DNA of 64,000 bases from an uncultured SAR86 cluster bacterium (lineage in GTDB: Bacteria; Pseudomonadota; Gammaproteobacteria; Magnimaribacterales; D2472): the NCBI GenBank assembly GCA_902511425.1, contig CABXFE010000002.1:1943-65942 (forward strand), given 5' to 3'. Within the stretch, counting starts at the first letter, position 1. The number at the start of each line of letters is the position of its first letter. The notes beneath the pieces are model-generated. The model was not told the origin of the DNA and searched no databases. It worked only from the letters and a program-made list of their open reading frames with translations. Below are positions 41,019 to 49,985 of this stretch, piece by piece. Made by a program: the position numbers and the translations under genes.

Positions 41019-43211
41019 ATGAAAATAACGCAAAAGATATTTCTATCTTTTTTCGTGCTTCAATCTTTTATTTCTATAGAGTTACAAAGCTCTATTTACG
41101 ATTATAGATTTCCTAATAGCACATACCCTAGCTACAGTAATTACGGAACAATAGGAATAATCCAAATGCCTAACGCAAGAATGATGCCAGAGGGATCTCT
41201 AGGCTTCTCTTGGAGTGATATGGATCCTTATAAGAGAGGCTCAATTGTTGCTTACCCTTTTTCTTGGTTTGAAGCTTCATATCAATATACAGATATTGGA
41301 AATGCTTTATACAGTAACATAGAGGCTTTTAGTGGAAAACAAACATATAAAGATAAGAGTTTTGATGCAAAGTTTTTACTTTTTAAGGAAACAAAGTACT
41401 TGCCTGCAGTTGCAGCAGGCGCTAGAGATCTAGCAGGTACAGGTGTTTTTTCATCAGAATTTATTGTTGCCTCCAAAAGAGTCAATAATTTTGATTTTTC
41501 TATTGGGCTAGGCTGGGGAATTTTAAACAATAATCATACCTTTTCTAACCCTTTTACGGTTCTTTCAAATCGATTTGAATCCAGGTCCGTAAATGAGGGC
41601 TTGGGCGGAAATATAAATACTGATGCATTTTTTGCTGGTGATACAGGAGTATTCGGTGGTGTTGAGATATACCTCCCTAACTTGAAAGGCCTGAGAATAA
41701 AATTAGAATACGATGGAATTGATTACACTAAGGAAGGCTTTCCTTTTGGGGAAGATTCATTTAAGTATGCATTTAGATCTGTAAGACCACAGGAATCAAA
41801 ATTTAATTACGGATTTGTATACCCAGTTAATGATAGCTTCCACTTAAAATTTAATTACGTCAAGGGTAATACATTTAGTTTTGGATTTTCAATTCAAGCT
41901 AACTTAGGTAAGAAAAATTCAGTTATTCCAAAGGAAGATCCATATGTGAAAACTCCTAAAGCTGACGTGGTAAGAAGTGTTACAGCAAAGAAAGAAAGCT
42001 TAGTATATTTATCATCATTGAGATCTCTTAGAAGTAATAATCTTTTTATTCAGAATGCTAAAATTGAAGATTCTCAATTAGATATTGTCTTTACCCAATC
42101 AAAGCATTCAAGCTTTGCTCGTGCAGCCGGAAGAGCATTTACAGTCCTTGATGAGGTTTCTCCAGATTATATAGATACTTTCAAGATATCAAATATAAAT
42201 GGTGGTGTTGGGATGCATACAATTGAAATCAAAAGAGATGCATTTAAGCGAAATCAAGAGAGCAAATTGCATAAACTAGCTACAAAAAATATCAAAGTTG
42301 AAAGGTTTAAGTATAAACCTCAGGATTATACGTATGCCCCAAAACCTACTCTTCCTGCATTTTTTTATAAGGTCGTTCCTACAGTAAGGTCTCAGATTGG
42401 AGGGCCAGATGGTTTTTATTTTGGGGATCTAAGGTTATCGCTACATACTGAAACTTTATTTAAAAAGAATCTAAGTCTTATTACCTCTGCTTCAGTTGGC
42501 ATAGTAGATAATTATGATAATCTTAGGTTAGCATCTGATAGTTCGCTACCTCATGTTAGAACAGATATTGTTAAGTATTTAAAATCATCAAAAGATTATT
42601 CTGTAAGAAGGATGCAACTGAATTATTTCTTAAATCCATACAAAGACATTTATGCCAAGTTGTCTGGAGGGCTATTAGAAGAAATGTTTGGTGGTGTTGG
42701 TGGCGAGATTTTGTATAGGCCTTTTAATCGTACTTGGGGAATTGGAGCTGAGTTATGGCGGGTAAGGCAAAGGGGATATAATCAGATGTTTGATTTTGAG
42801 CCTGATACAGCTTACCAAACTACAACAGGACATATTAATATTTATGTTAAAGAACCAAGATCGCAAGTCCTTTTAACACTTAGAGGTGGAAAATTTTTAG
42901 CTCAAGACTCTGGAATAAATTTTGATTTTTCTAGACGATTTAAAAGCGGTCTTAGGGTTGGAGCTTTTTTCTCTCTTACAGATATCTCTGAAGCTGAGTT
43001 TGGAGAAGGAAGTTTTGATAAGGGGTTCTACTTTTATATTCCTGTAGACATATTTTTTAATTTTTATAATAAAGGTAATGCGGCCTTTGGTTTAAGACCT
43101 ATTACAAGAGATGGAGCAGCTATTTTAGTTCATTCGCATCATCTGTGGGGTATTACTGAGCAGGCTCAAGGCCATACGATTTTGAGAGATTTGGATGATA
43201 TATACGATTAG
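41019..43211 (+). CDS. YjbH/GfcD-family outer-membrane protein
   Basis: Signal peptide followed by GTIGIIQMPNARMMPEGSLGFSW, which resembles the N-terminal signature of YjbH-family (DUF940) proteins. About 730 aa and rich in Gly/aromatic beta-strand patterns. The track ORF begins at TTG 41004; ATG 41019 is preferred. Confidence 0.65.
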   Translation: MKITQKIFLSFFVLQSFISIELQSSIYDYRFPNSTYPSYSNYGTIGIIQMPNARMMPEGSLGFSWSDMDPYKRGSIVAYPFSWFEASYQYTDIGNALYSNIEAFSGKQTYKDKSFDAKFLLFKETKYLPAVAAGARDLAGTGVFSSEFIVASKRVNNFDFSIGLGWGILNNNHTFSNPFTVLSNRFESRSVNEGLGGNINTDAFFAGDTGVFGGVEIYLPNLKGLRIKLEYDGIDYTKEGFPFGEDSFKYAFRSVRPQESKFNYGFVYPVNDSFHLKFNYVKGNTFSFGFSIQANLGKKNSVIPKEDPYVKTPKADVVRSVTAKKESLVYLSSLRSLRSNNLFIQNAKIEDSQLDIVFTQSKHSSFARAAGRAFTVLDEVSPDYIDTFKISNINGGVGMHTIEIKRDAFKRNQESKLHKLATKNIKVERFKYKPQDYTYAPKPTLPAFFYKVVPTVRSQIGGPDGFYFGDLRLSLHTETLFKKNLSLITSASVGIVDNYDNLRLASDSSLPHVRTDIVKYLKSSKDYSVRRMQLNYFLNPYKDIYAKLSGGLLEEMFGGVGGEILYRPFNRTWGIGAELWRVRQRGYNQMFDFEPDTAYQTTTGHINIYVKEPRSQVLLTLRGGKFLAQDSGINFDFSRRFKSGLRVGAFFSLTDISEAEFGEGSFDKGFYFYIPVDIFFNFYNKGNAAFGLRPITRDGAAILVHSHHLWGITEQAQGHTILRDLDDIYD

Positions 43212-43812
43212 ATTGCTTTTAATTCTTTTGTTACTTTCCTGCTGTAGCTATGTTAGCTATTCACAAGTTGTCCCTATGATTAAAGTTGCTACAATTGGAG
43301 TTCCAAATGAAAGTATTACTTTAAAAGATTTTCAAAATGCTGAATATTCTTTTTTAAAAGTTCGCATTGGAAGATCTGCAAACGCTAATCTAACATTAGC
43401 GACGGTTAAAAATAATATTCTTGAATGGGTCTCAGCAACTAATGAGAAAATTTATACTTATAACGGTAAGATTATCAAAGTATCAGGAATTGGGAAGAAC
43501 ATAAGCTTTATCACTTATTCTAAATTTGCAATTGAGCCCCAAACTATTGATTCCTTTGATGTTCAGCTATATAACCCTGGCGCTGTAATACAGCAAGTAT
43601 CTGATATGCGCTTTGTGGATTATAGAGAAATTTATCATCTCGATGAAAAAATAAATACACAATACTTTAAGGAATATGTTATTACCAAAGAATTTAGATG
43701 GAAGTATGTTAATCACTATTGGGTAGATGATTCTACTAATAGAGTAATCAAGACAAAGCAGTCAATTCACCCAGACTTCCCAAGTCTAGAAATAGAATAT
43801 TTCTATAAATAA
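43195..43812 (+). CDS. YjbF/GfcB-family lipoprotein
   Basis: Lipobox LLLSCC. The segments AEYSFLKVRIG...EWVSATNEKIYTYNGKIIKV and VNHYWVDDSTNRVIKTKQSI align by eye with E. coli YjbF as I recall it (WHNRYWIDSEGQIRQSEQYL). 17-nt overlap with the yjbH-like gene. Confidence 0.65.
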   Translation: MIYTIRLLLILLLLSCCSYVSYSQVVPMIKVATIGVPNESITLKDFQNAEYSFLKVRIGRSANANLTLATVKNNILEWVSATNEKIYTYNGKIIKVSGIGKNISFITYSKFAIEPQTIDSFDVQLYNPGAVIQQVSDMRFVDYREIYHLDEKINTQYFKEYVITKEFRWKYVNHYWVDDSTNRVIKTKQSIHPDFPSLEIEYFYK

Positions 43813-43817
43813 AAGAC

Positions 43818-43848
43818 AAAAAAAACGCTGCAAATGCAGCGTTTTTTT
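43818..43848. terminator. bidirectional Rho-independent terminator between convergent genes
   Basis: A8 run (43818-43825), stem CGCTGC (43826-43831), loop AAAT, stem GCAGCG (43836-43841), then T7 run (43842-43848). A/T runs on both sides allow termination in both directions. Confidence 0.8.
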
Positions 43849-43859
43849 ATAGAAATAAT

Positions 43860-44690
43860 TTAGGATCCTGGGGCTGTAGCAGTTGAAACTACTGTTCCAC
43901 CGTAAGATGACTCTTCTCCAACTGGAACCTCTATTTGAATCTCAACAGTGGACTCGATATCTTGAATTACAGATATCTGAGTAGGATCTATTTCGACTTC
44001 TTGAGTAGCTCCTGATGGTATATCTACGTCAATTACAATTGGAACTTCTGTTTCAACAATGATATCTACGGGTACTTCAATGTATTGAGAAGTTCCAAGG
44101 CCAATGTCATCGGCATTGATTGTTTCATCGTTAAAAGCTCCACCAGGGAAGTCATTCAACATTACGTTAATTGTTTGCCCTAACTCAGCAATACCATCGT
44201 TACCTGGGTCATTTGGATTAATGCTAAGGTCAATCGGCAAGTTGGTTTGAGTAGCAACTGTTGAAGTAACTGTGTCTGTACTCGTAGTCGTATTAGTAAG
44301 TGACGTTGTAGTTGTATTTGTGTTAGTACTTGTCGTAGTACTGGTCAAAACAGGATCAGTTCTGTATTGACTTTGTGTCACAGTTACTGAAGTTGGATTT
44401 ACTGTCTGCGTAGTGGTATTAATTGTTGAAATTATTACTGTAGGAGCAGGAGTCGGTGCAGGAGCGGCTTCTCCACCCCCAGATGAATCTGCTGCAGCGG
44501 CTATTGCTGCTGCGGCTGCAACTGCTGCTGCAATAGCGCCAGCGCTAAGAGATCCTGATGATGCTTTTTTGGCTTTTTCAGCAGATCCAGCACTTTTAGG
44601 CTCACTGCCCTCATCTGCCATAGCTTGAGAACCAAAGAACGGTGCTAGTAATGCTACCAAATAACGAAACTTGTTTTTGATCTTTGCCAT
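43860..44690 (-). CDS. secreted Ala/Thr-rich low-complexity protein, N-terminal half resembling YjbE/GfcA
   Basis: Strong SD (TAGGAG, 10 nt upstream of the ATG). Signal peptide ending AMA. Ser/Ala segment, poly-Ala hydrophobic run AIAAAVAAAAAIAAAA, GGGE, Pro-Ala linker, a Thr-rich tract of about 60 aa, then an acidic Val/Ile/Glu/Asp-rich C-terminal half. Confidence 0.6.
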   Translation of the reverse strand: MAKIKNKFRYLVALLAPFFGSQAMADEGSEPKSAGSAEKAKKASSGSLSAGAIAAAVAAAAAIAAAADSSGGGEAAPAPTPAPTVIISTINTTTQTVNPTSVTVTQSQYRTDPVLTSTTTSTNTNTTTTSLTNTTTSTDTVTSTVATQTNLPIDLSINPNDPGNDGIAELGQTINVMLNDFPGGAFNDETINADDIGLGTSQYIEVPVDIIVETEVPIVIDVDIPSGATQEVEIDPTQISVIQDIESTVEIQIEVPVGEESSYGGTVVSTATAPGS

Positions 44691-44951
44691 CTTGTTTAAA
44701 CTCCTAGTATAAACTGTTAATTTTTATTATCTTAAATAAAAGCAATAAAAGCAATATTTTGACCTATTCTTATATTATTGCAAGAAGTAGATGAATATTT
44801 ATTTAAAGTATTATAAGTAAGTATTATTTTCTGTCGAGCATATTATCACTAGTCGAATTGAATATGCAATTGAAAAATAGACATATTTGTTTCTATTTCA
44901 AAAATAGCTCCATTCAAGAATAGCTTTTGATAAGTAATAAAGCATGTGTTA

Positions 44952-44980
44952 TTTACACATCTATTAATAGAAACTATAGT
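44952..44980 (+). promoter_or_regulatory. sigma70-type promoter for tRNA-Pro
   Basis: TTTACA (44952-44957), a 17-nt spacer, then TATAGT (44975-44980). The predicted start is about 10 nt upstream of the mature tRNA 5' end at 44998. Confidence 0.5.
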
Positions 44981-44997
44981 GGCTAAATTTTTATTTT

Positions 44998-45074
44998 CGG
45001 GATGTAGCGCAGTCTGGTAGCGCACCTCGCTGGGGGTGAGGTGGTCGTCGGTTCAAATCCGGCCATCCCGACCA
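44998..45074 (+). tRNA. tRNA-Pro (anticodon GGG)
   Basis: Folded by hand. Acceptor CGGGATG/CATCCCG, D arm GCGC-AGTCTGGTA-GCGC, anticodon stem CCTCG/TGAGG with loop CTGGGGG, T arm GTCGG-TTCAAAT-CCGGC, discriminator A and an encoded CCA. Confidence 0.9.
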
Positions 45075-45075
45075 T

Positions 45076-45954
45076 TTATTTAGATTTATTGATTACTTCC
45101 TCAGCATACCAATTAATCTCAGCAATCATCCCCTCAAGAGTTCTGTTATCTGGCCCACCTTCATAAGTATTCCTAAATGCTACAATTACTTCAGTTGCTC
45201 CTAGTGCTTCTAGTTGCTTTATACCTTCTGGCGAGTATGCAGCTTCGCCCATCACTTGAAATTGATAATTATGATGATCTAATGTCCCATATTCTTTTCT
45301 GTAAGAATTGATTTGATCTATAAGATTTTTTGTTTCTTCTAGGCTTAATCCAGCGCTTATCCAGCCATCTCCAACCCTTGCAGCCCTTTTTAAAGCAAGT
45401 TTTGAATGACCTCCAATTAAAATGGGTACAGGTTTTGAGGGCGCAGGGCAAAGCTTTAATTCTGGAATATCATAAAACTCACCTTTGTATGAGAAGTATT
45501 CCCCATTCATCAGTCCTCTAAGAATATCAATTTGTTCATCCATCCTTTTGCCGCGTTTTTCCCACCTTTCTCCAGTAGCTAAAAAATCTTCATACCAAGG
45601 ACTCACTCCAACACCGAAATGAAATCTATTATTGGTCATAACTCCCAAAGTAGTTACAAACTTAGCTGTTGTTACAGCTTGTCTGGGTGCTAGCTTGTAA
45701 ACAGATGTTGAAAATTCTAGCTTCTCTGTAACAGCTGCAATCGCTGGAATAATAGAAAATGGCTCTAAGAAGGGAACCCCATCAAGAAACTCTCTGCTAC
45801 CGTCATCATTGTATGGATATGTTGAATCACATTCTTTTGGATAGCAGATGCTATCAGGAAATGTAATTGCATCAAAGCCTGCGGCTTCAGCAGCTTTACC
45901 AAGCTCTAAATAAAATGAAGGATCGCACATTGATGGATGGTATGAAAAACGCAT
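45076..45954 (-). CDS. luciferase-like (LLM class) flavin/F420-type oxidoreductase
   Basis: 292 aa TIM-barrel-like protein. The N-terminus MRFSYHP...LGKAAEAAGFDAITFPDS, plus GVGVSPW and VPILIGGHSKLALKRAARVGDGW, are typical of LLM-family proteins. Confidence 0.65.
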   Translation of the reverse strand: MRFSYHPSMCDPSFYLELGKAAEAAGFDAITFPDSICYPKECDSTYPYNDDGSREFLDGVPFLEPFSIIPAIAAVTEKLEFSTSVYKLAPRQAVTTAKFVTTLGVMTNNRFHFGVGVSPWYEDFLATGERWEKRGKRMDEQIDILRGLMNGEYFSYKGEFYDIPELKLCPAPSKPVPILIGGHSKLALKRAARVGDGWISAGLSLEETKNLIDQINSYRKEYGTLDHHNYQFQVMGEAAYSPEGIKQLEALGATEVIVAFRNTYEGGPDNRTLEGMIAEINWYAEEVINKSK

Positions 45955-46050
45955 AATTATTTACCTTTTGGTTAAATTTTATATAAATAATATAATAACA
46001 ACATAATAGAAATCGATATATAATGACAGCGTTGTCAAATTAAAATAATT

Positions 46051-48702
46051 TTGAAAGATCAGTCTCAAAAAAATAACTCGATAAATGATCCCGAACTCAA
46101 GGAATGGTTAGACGCATTAGAAAATATTATTAATGAAGATGGCAATGATAGAGCTTCATTTATTTTAGGCAAACTTGCATCAAAATTGACAGAGTCAGGA
46201 ACCATTCCTGACTTCAATCTGACTACCCCATTTAGAAATTCAATTCCAATAAACGAAGAAGCCAAAATGCCTGGGGATCTTTTCATGGAGCGCAAGATAA
46301 GATCTCTTATAAGATGGAATGCTTTGGTGATGGTATTGAGGGCAAATAAGTCATCGGATGATTTAGGTGGCCACATTGCAACTTTTTCCTCTTCAGCAAC
46401 ACTGTATGACATTGGATTTAATTATTTTTTTCAAGGGTCAAAAGATGGTCAAGAAGATCTAATATATTTTCAAGGCCACTCTTCACCTGGAATTTATGCG
46501 AGAAGCTTTTTAGAGGGGTATCTATCAGAAGATGATTTAGATAACTTTAGAAGAGAAGTCGATAAGCCTGGAATCTCGTCTTATCCTCATCCATGGTTGA
46601 TGCCTGATTATTGGCAATTTCCAACAGTCTCAATGGGTTTGGGACCAATTATGGGAATTTATCAAGCAAATATTATGAGATATTTATCCGCAAGAGGCCT
46701 TGCTCCAAGGAATGATAGAAAAGTTTGGGTTTTTTGTGGTGATGGAGAAATGGACGAGCCAGAATCTAAAGGCGCTATTGGTTTGGCGGGTAGAGAAAAA
46801 TTAGAAAATTTAATTTTTGTAGTAAATTGTAATTTGCAGAGATTAGATGGGCCTGTTCGAGGAAACAATAAAATTGTTCATGAATTAGAAAGAGAATTCA
46901 GAGGCTCTGGTTGGAATGTTATCAAGGTTATTTGGGGAAGACTATGGGATCCAATCTTTGCTAGGGATAAGGAAGGTAAGCTCCAAGAACTTATGGATGC
47001 AGTGGTAGATGGCGAACTTCAAAATTTTAAAGCAAAAGGGGGGGGCTACACCCGAGAAAAATTCTTTGGGCAAGACCCCGATGTACTGGAAATGGTTGAT
47101 GATCTAACCGACGAAGACATTTATAAATTAAACCGAGGCGGGCATGATCCATACAAAGTTTATGCTGCGTATCATAAAGCAGTAAATTCTAAAGGAGCTC
47201 CAACAGTAATTCTTGCCTTGACTACAAAAGGTTATGGGACTGGATCAAGAGAAGCAGATAATACAACCCATCAAGTAAAAAAATTAACAGTTGAAAATAT
47301 CAAATCATTCAGAGATAAGTTTGATATTCCAGTGACAGACAAAGAGATTGAAAAACTTCCATATGTTAAACCTCCAAAAGATTCACCTGAAATTCAATAC
47401 CTTTTAAAAACTAGAGATGGTTTAGGAGGCCCGATACCGAGAAGGCGTGGCCATACTCAAAAACTCTCCGAGCCATCAGATTCGATTTTTCAGAAATTTA
47501 CTCAAGGGTTTAAAGATAAAGAAATTTCTTCCACTATGTCATTTGTAAGAATGATGACAGATATTTTAAAAGATAAAAATATTGGAGAGCGTATCGTTCC
47601 AATTGTGCCTGATGAAGCTAGAACTTTTGGAATGGAGGGTTTGTTTAGACAAATTGGTATTTATTCTTCTGAGGGTCAAAAGTATAAACCCGAAGATGCG
47701 GATCAAGTGATGTGGTACAAGGAATCAAAAGACGGAGTCATGCTTGAAGAAGGTATAAACGAAGCTGGAGCATTCTCAGCCTGGATTGCTCTCGCAACAG
47801 CATATTCAAACTACAACATACCAATGATTCCTATTTACTTATTCTATTCAATGTTTGGTTTTCAGCGTATCCATGATCTTGCTTGGGCTGCTGGTGATTC
47901 TCAAGCCAAGGGATTTTTAATTGGAGCTACATCAGGAAGGACTACTTTAAATGGAGAGGGACTGCAGCACCAAGATGGACATAGTCATATATTTTCCTCA
48001 ACTATCCCTAATTGTCGGTCATATGATCCAGCATATGCATATGAATTAGCAGTTATTTTCAAGGATGGAATAAAGAAAATGTTTGTAGATTTAGAAAATT
48101 ACTACTACTACATTACTGTTACTAACGAAAACTATTTACAACCTGCTCAACCAAAGAATTCTGATCAAGGAATTATTAAGGGCCTATATAAGCTTAATGA
48201 TAGTGAAAAACCTCAAGTCACTTTAATTGGCTCAGGATCAATTTTGAATGAATCAATTAAGGCTAAAAAAATACTACATTCTTTTGGAATTGAATCTGAC
48301 GTATGGAGTGCTACTAGCTTTAATATGCTAAGAAAAGATGGAATGGAAAAAGAGCGTTTTAACGAACTAAACCCAACATCAAAGCAAAAACAAACCTATG
48401 TAGAAGAGTGTTTGCCAAGCTCAGAGACTCCTGTTATAGCAGCGACTGACTATATGCGCGCTTACCCTGAACAAATTAGAGGTTTTATTAAAGCGCCATA
48501 CTATACACTTGGAACAGACGGATACGGAAGAAGCGACTCTCGACAAAAACTTCGAGAATTTTTTGAAGTAGATGCAACTAGCATTGCTAGAATAGCTATT
48601 TACTCTCTTTTTCGAAAAGGAGATCTCAATAAAAAACAAATTACAGCTTTTTATAAAAAATTAGAGGTTAATCCAAGTAAACCAAATCCTTGGGAAATTT
48701 AA
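46051..48702 (+). CDS. aceE: pyruvate dehydrogenase E1 component, homodimeric type
   Basis: 883 aa. Motifs DPELKEWLDALENI, GGHIATFSSSATLY, GDGEMDEPES (ThDP motif) and VNCNLQRLDGPVRGN. TTG start, with no in-frame ATG upstream of the conserved N-terminus. Confidence 0.93.
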   Translation: MKDQSQKNNSINDPELKEWLDALENIINEDGNDRASFILGKLASKLTESGTIPDFNLTTPFRNSIPINEEAKMPGDLFMERKIRSLIRWNALVMVLRANKSSDDLGGHIATFSSSATLYDIGFNYFFQGSKDGQEDLIYFQGHSSPGIYARSFLEGYLSEDDLDNFRREVDKPGISSYPHPWLMPDYWQFPTVSMGLGPIMGIYQANIMRYLSARGLAPRNDRKVWVFCGDGEMDEPESKGAIGLAGREKLENLIFVVNCNLQRLDGPVRGNNKIVHELEREFRGSGWNVIKVIWGRLWDPIFARDKEGKLQELMDAVVDGELQNFKAKGGGYTREKFFGQDPDVLEMVDDLTDEDIYKLNRGGHDPYKVYAAYHKAVNSKGAPTVILALTTKGYGTGSREADNTTHQVKKLTVENIKSFRDKFDIPVTDKEIEKLPYVKPPKDSPEIQYLLKTRDGLGGPIPRRRGHTQKLSEPSDSIFQKFTQGFKDKEISSTMSFVRMMTDILKDKNIGERIVPIVPDEARTFGMEGLFRQIGIYSSEGQKYKPEDADQVMWYKESKDGVMLEEGINEAGAFSAWIALATAYSNYNIPMIPIYLFYSMFGFQRIHDLAWAAGDSQAKGFLIGATSGRTTLNGEGLQHQDGHSHIFSSTIPNCRSYDPAYAYELAVIFKDGIKKMFVDLENYYYYITVTNENYLQPAQPKNSDQGIIKGLYKLNDSEKPQVTLIGSGSILNESIKAKKILHSFGIESDVWSATSFNMLRKDGMEKERFNELNPTSKQKQTYVEECLPSSETPVIAATDYMRAYPEQIRGFIKAPYYTLGTDGYGRSDSRQKLREFFEVDATSIARIAIYSLFRKGDLNKKQITAFYKKLEVNPSKPNPWEI

Positions 48703-49985
48703 TGGCTAATAAAACTATCAATATTCCAGACCTAGGTGAAGCTGAGGATGTTGAAGTGATCGAAATTTGCGCTAAAGCGGGTGATCACGTTGACTCTGAG
48801 GATCCAATTATCGTTTTGGAATCTGATAAAGCTGCAATGGAAATCCCAGCTTCTGCAATTGGCAAAGTCATTTCGATTGAAGTTTCTGTTGGAGATACGG
48901 TAAATTCAGGCTTACCTTTTTTGCAAATTGAAGTTTCTGAAGATGCTGCGAAAAAGGATGAAAAAGTCCCTCCAAAAAATACAGATCAAAAGCATCATAC
49001 GATTAATGAAGAATCAAAAAATATTAAATCTGAACAATTAGCTAACCCTGAAAAACCAAAAAATTCTCTTAATATTTCAAATACAAATAATGCAAACATC
49101 TATGCAGGACCAGCAGTTAGAAAGCTAGCAAGAGAATTTGGAATTGAATTATCACAAGTTCAACCAACAGGCCCTAAGAATAGAATACAAAAAGAAGACT
49201 TACATTTATTTGTAAAATCCCGACTTTCTGCAACTTCGCAAAAAAATAGCTTTGAGTTTTCTCAGCCTGATATTGATTATTCAAAATGGGGACCAACTAA
49301 GGAGCAAAAGCTTTCAAAGTTTCAGAAATCTTCTCTTGGTAACCTTCACACATCTTGGATCAATATCCCACATGTTACACAACATGATGAATGTGATTTA
49401 ACGATATTGCTTGAAACCAGAACTCAATTATGTAAAAAACATAAAATAAAAATCTCACCTTTAGCCTTCATAGCAAAAGTTGTTTCCCAATTACTAGCTG
49501 ATTTCCCATTACTCAATTGCTCTTTAGATCAAAACTTAGAAAACATTATTTTGAAAGATTATGTCAATCTGGGTATTGCCGTCGATACTCCTGAGGGACT
49601 GATTGTGCCAAATGTAAAAAATACTCAATTAAAATCGATTGTGGAAATCTCGTCAGAAATAAGTGAATTGGCTAAAGCTGCAAAAAAACGAAAGTTAAAA
49701 ATTGCAGATTTGAAAGGTGCTTCCTTTAGCATAAGTTCCCTGGGAGCAATTGGCGGAAGATTTTTTACGCCTATAATCAATCCTCCTGAAGTGGGTATAT
49801 TAGGAGTATCAAAAAGCTATGAAAAAGTTATTCAATCAAAAACTGGGTTTGAGGGTCGAAGCTTTTTACCAATTTCTTTGAGTTATGATCACCGCGCAAT
49901 TAATGGGGTCTATGCAGTACAATTTACTAGTCAGTTAGGAGAAGCCTTATCTGATAATAAATTGATTGAGAAGAGTTTTAAATGA
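48702..49985 (+). CDS. aceF: dihydrolipoyllysine-residue acetyltransferase (E2) with a single lipoyl domain
   Basis: One lipoyl domain (LESDKAAMEIPA), subunit-binding domain AGPAVRKLAREFGI, and a catalytic domain with SYDHRAINGV. TAATG overlap with aceE. Confidence 0.9.
   Translation: MANKTINIPDLGEAEDVEVIEICAKAGDHVDSEDPIIVLESDKAAMEIPASAIGKVISIEVSVGDTVNSGLPFLQIEVSEDAAKKDEKVPPKNTDQKHHTINEESKNIKSEQLANPEKPKNSLNISNTNNANIYAGPAVRKLAREFGIELSQVQPTGPKNRIQKEDLHLFVKSRLSATSQKNSFEFSQPDIDYSKWGPTKEQKLSKFQKSSLGNLHTSWINIPHVTQHDECDLTILLETRTQLCKKHKIKISPLAFIAKVVSQLLADFPLLNCSLDQNLENIILKDYVNLGIAVDTPEGLIVPNVKNTQLKSIVEISSEISELAKAAKKRKLKIADLKGASFSISSLGAIGGRFFTPIINPPEVGILGVSKSYEKVIQSKTGFEGRSFLPISLSYDHRAINGVYAVQFTSQLGEALSDNKLIEKSFK

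Noticed and set aside
44413-44628. Ala-rich 71-aa ORF on the plus strand, opposite the Thr/Ala-rich gene.
   Set aside because: GCN-rich sequence reads as Ala in several frames and on both strands. The minus-strand ORF has the SD, the signal peptide and the full length.
43860-44690. The locally elevated GC content could be a sign of recent horizontal transfer of this gene.
   Set aside because: The GC excess is explained by amino-acid composition (Ala, Thr, Gly and Pro codons). It is not independent evidence of foreign origin.
7418-44690. I looked for mobile-element hallmarks (integrase, transposase, IS inverted repeats), for CRISPR repeats, and for a JUMPstart/ops element (GGCGGTAG) in the intergenic regions 9783-9840, 13985-14047, 19728-19810 and 39058-39145.
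   Set aside because: None was seen by eye. Every long ORF in the island is a sugar-pathway, transferase or export gene. A computational repeat or att-site search is still needed for short direct repeats.
48702-49985. The absence of lpdA after aceF and the single lipoyl domain could indicate an aberrant PDH complex.
   Set aside because: Many bacteria encode the E3 component elsewhere and have one or two lipoyl domains. Only the unusual SDR in that position is reported.
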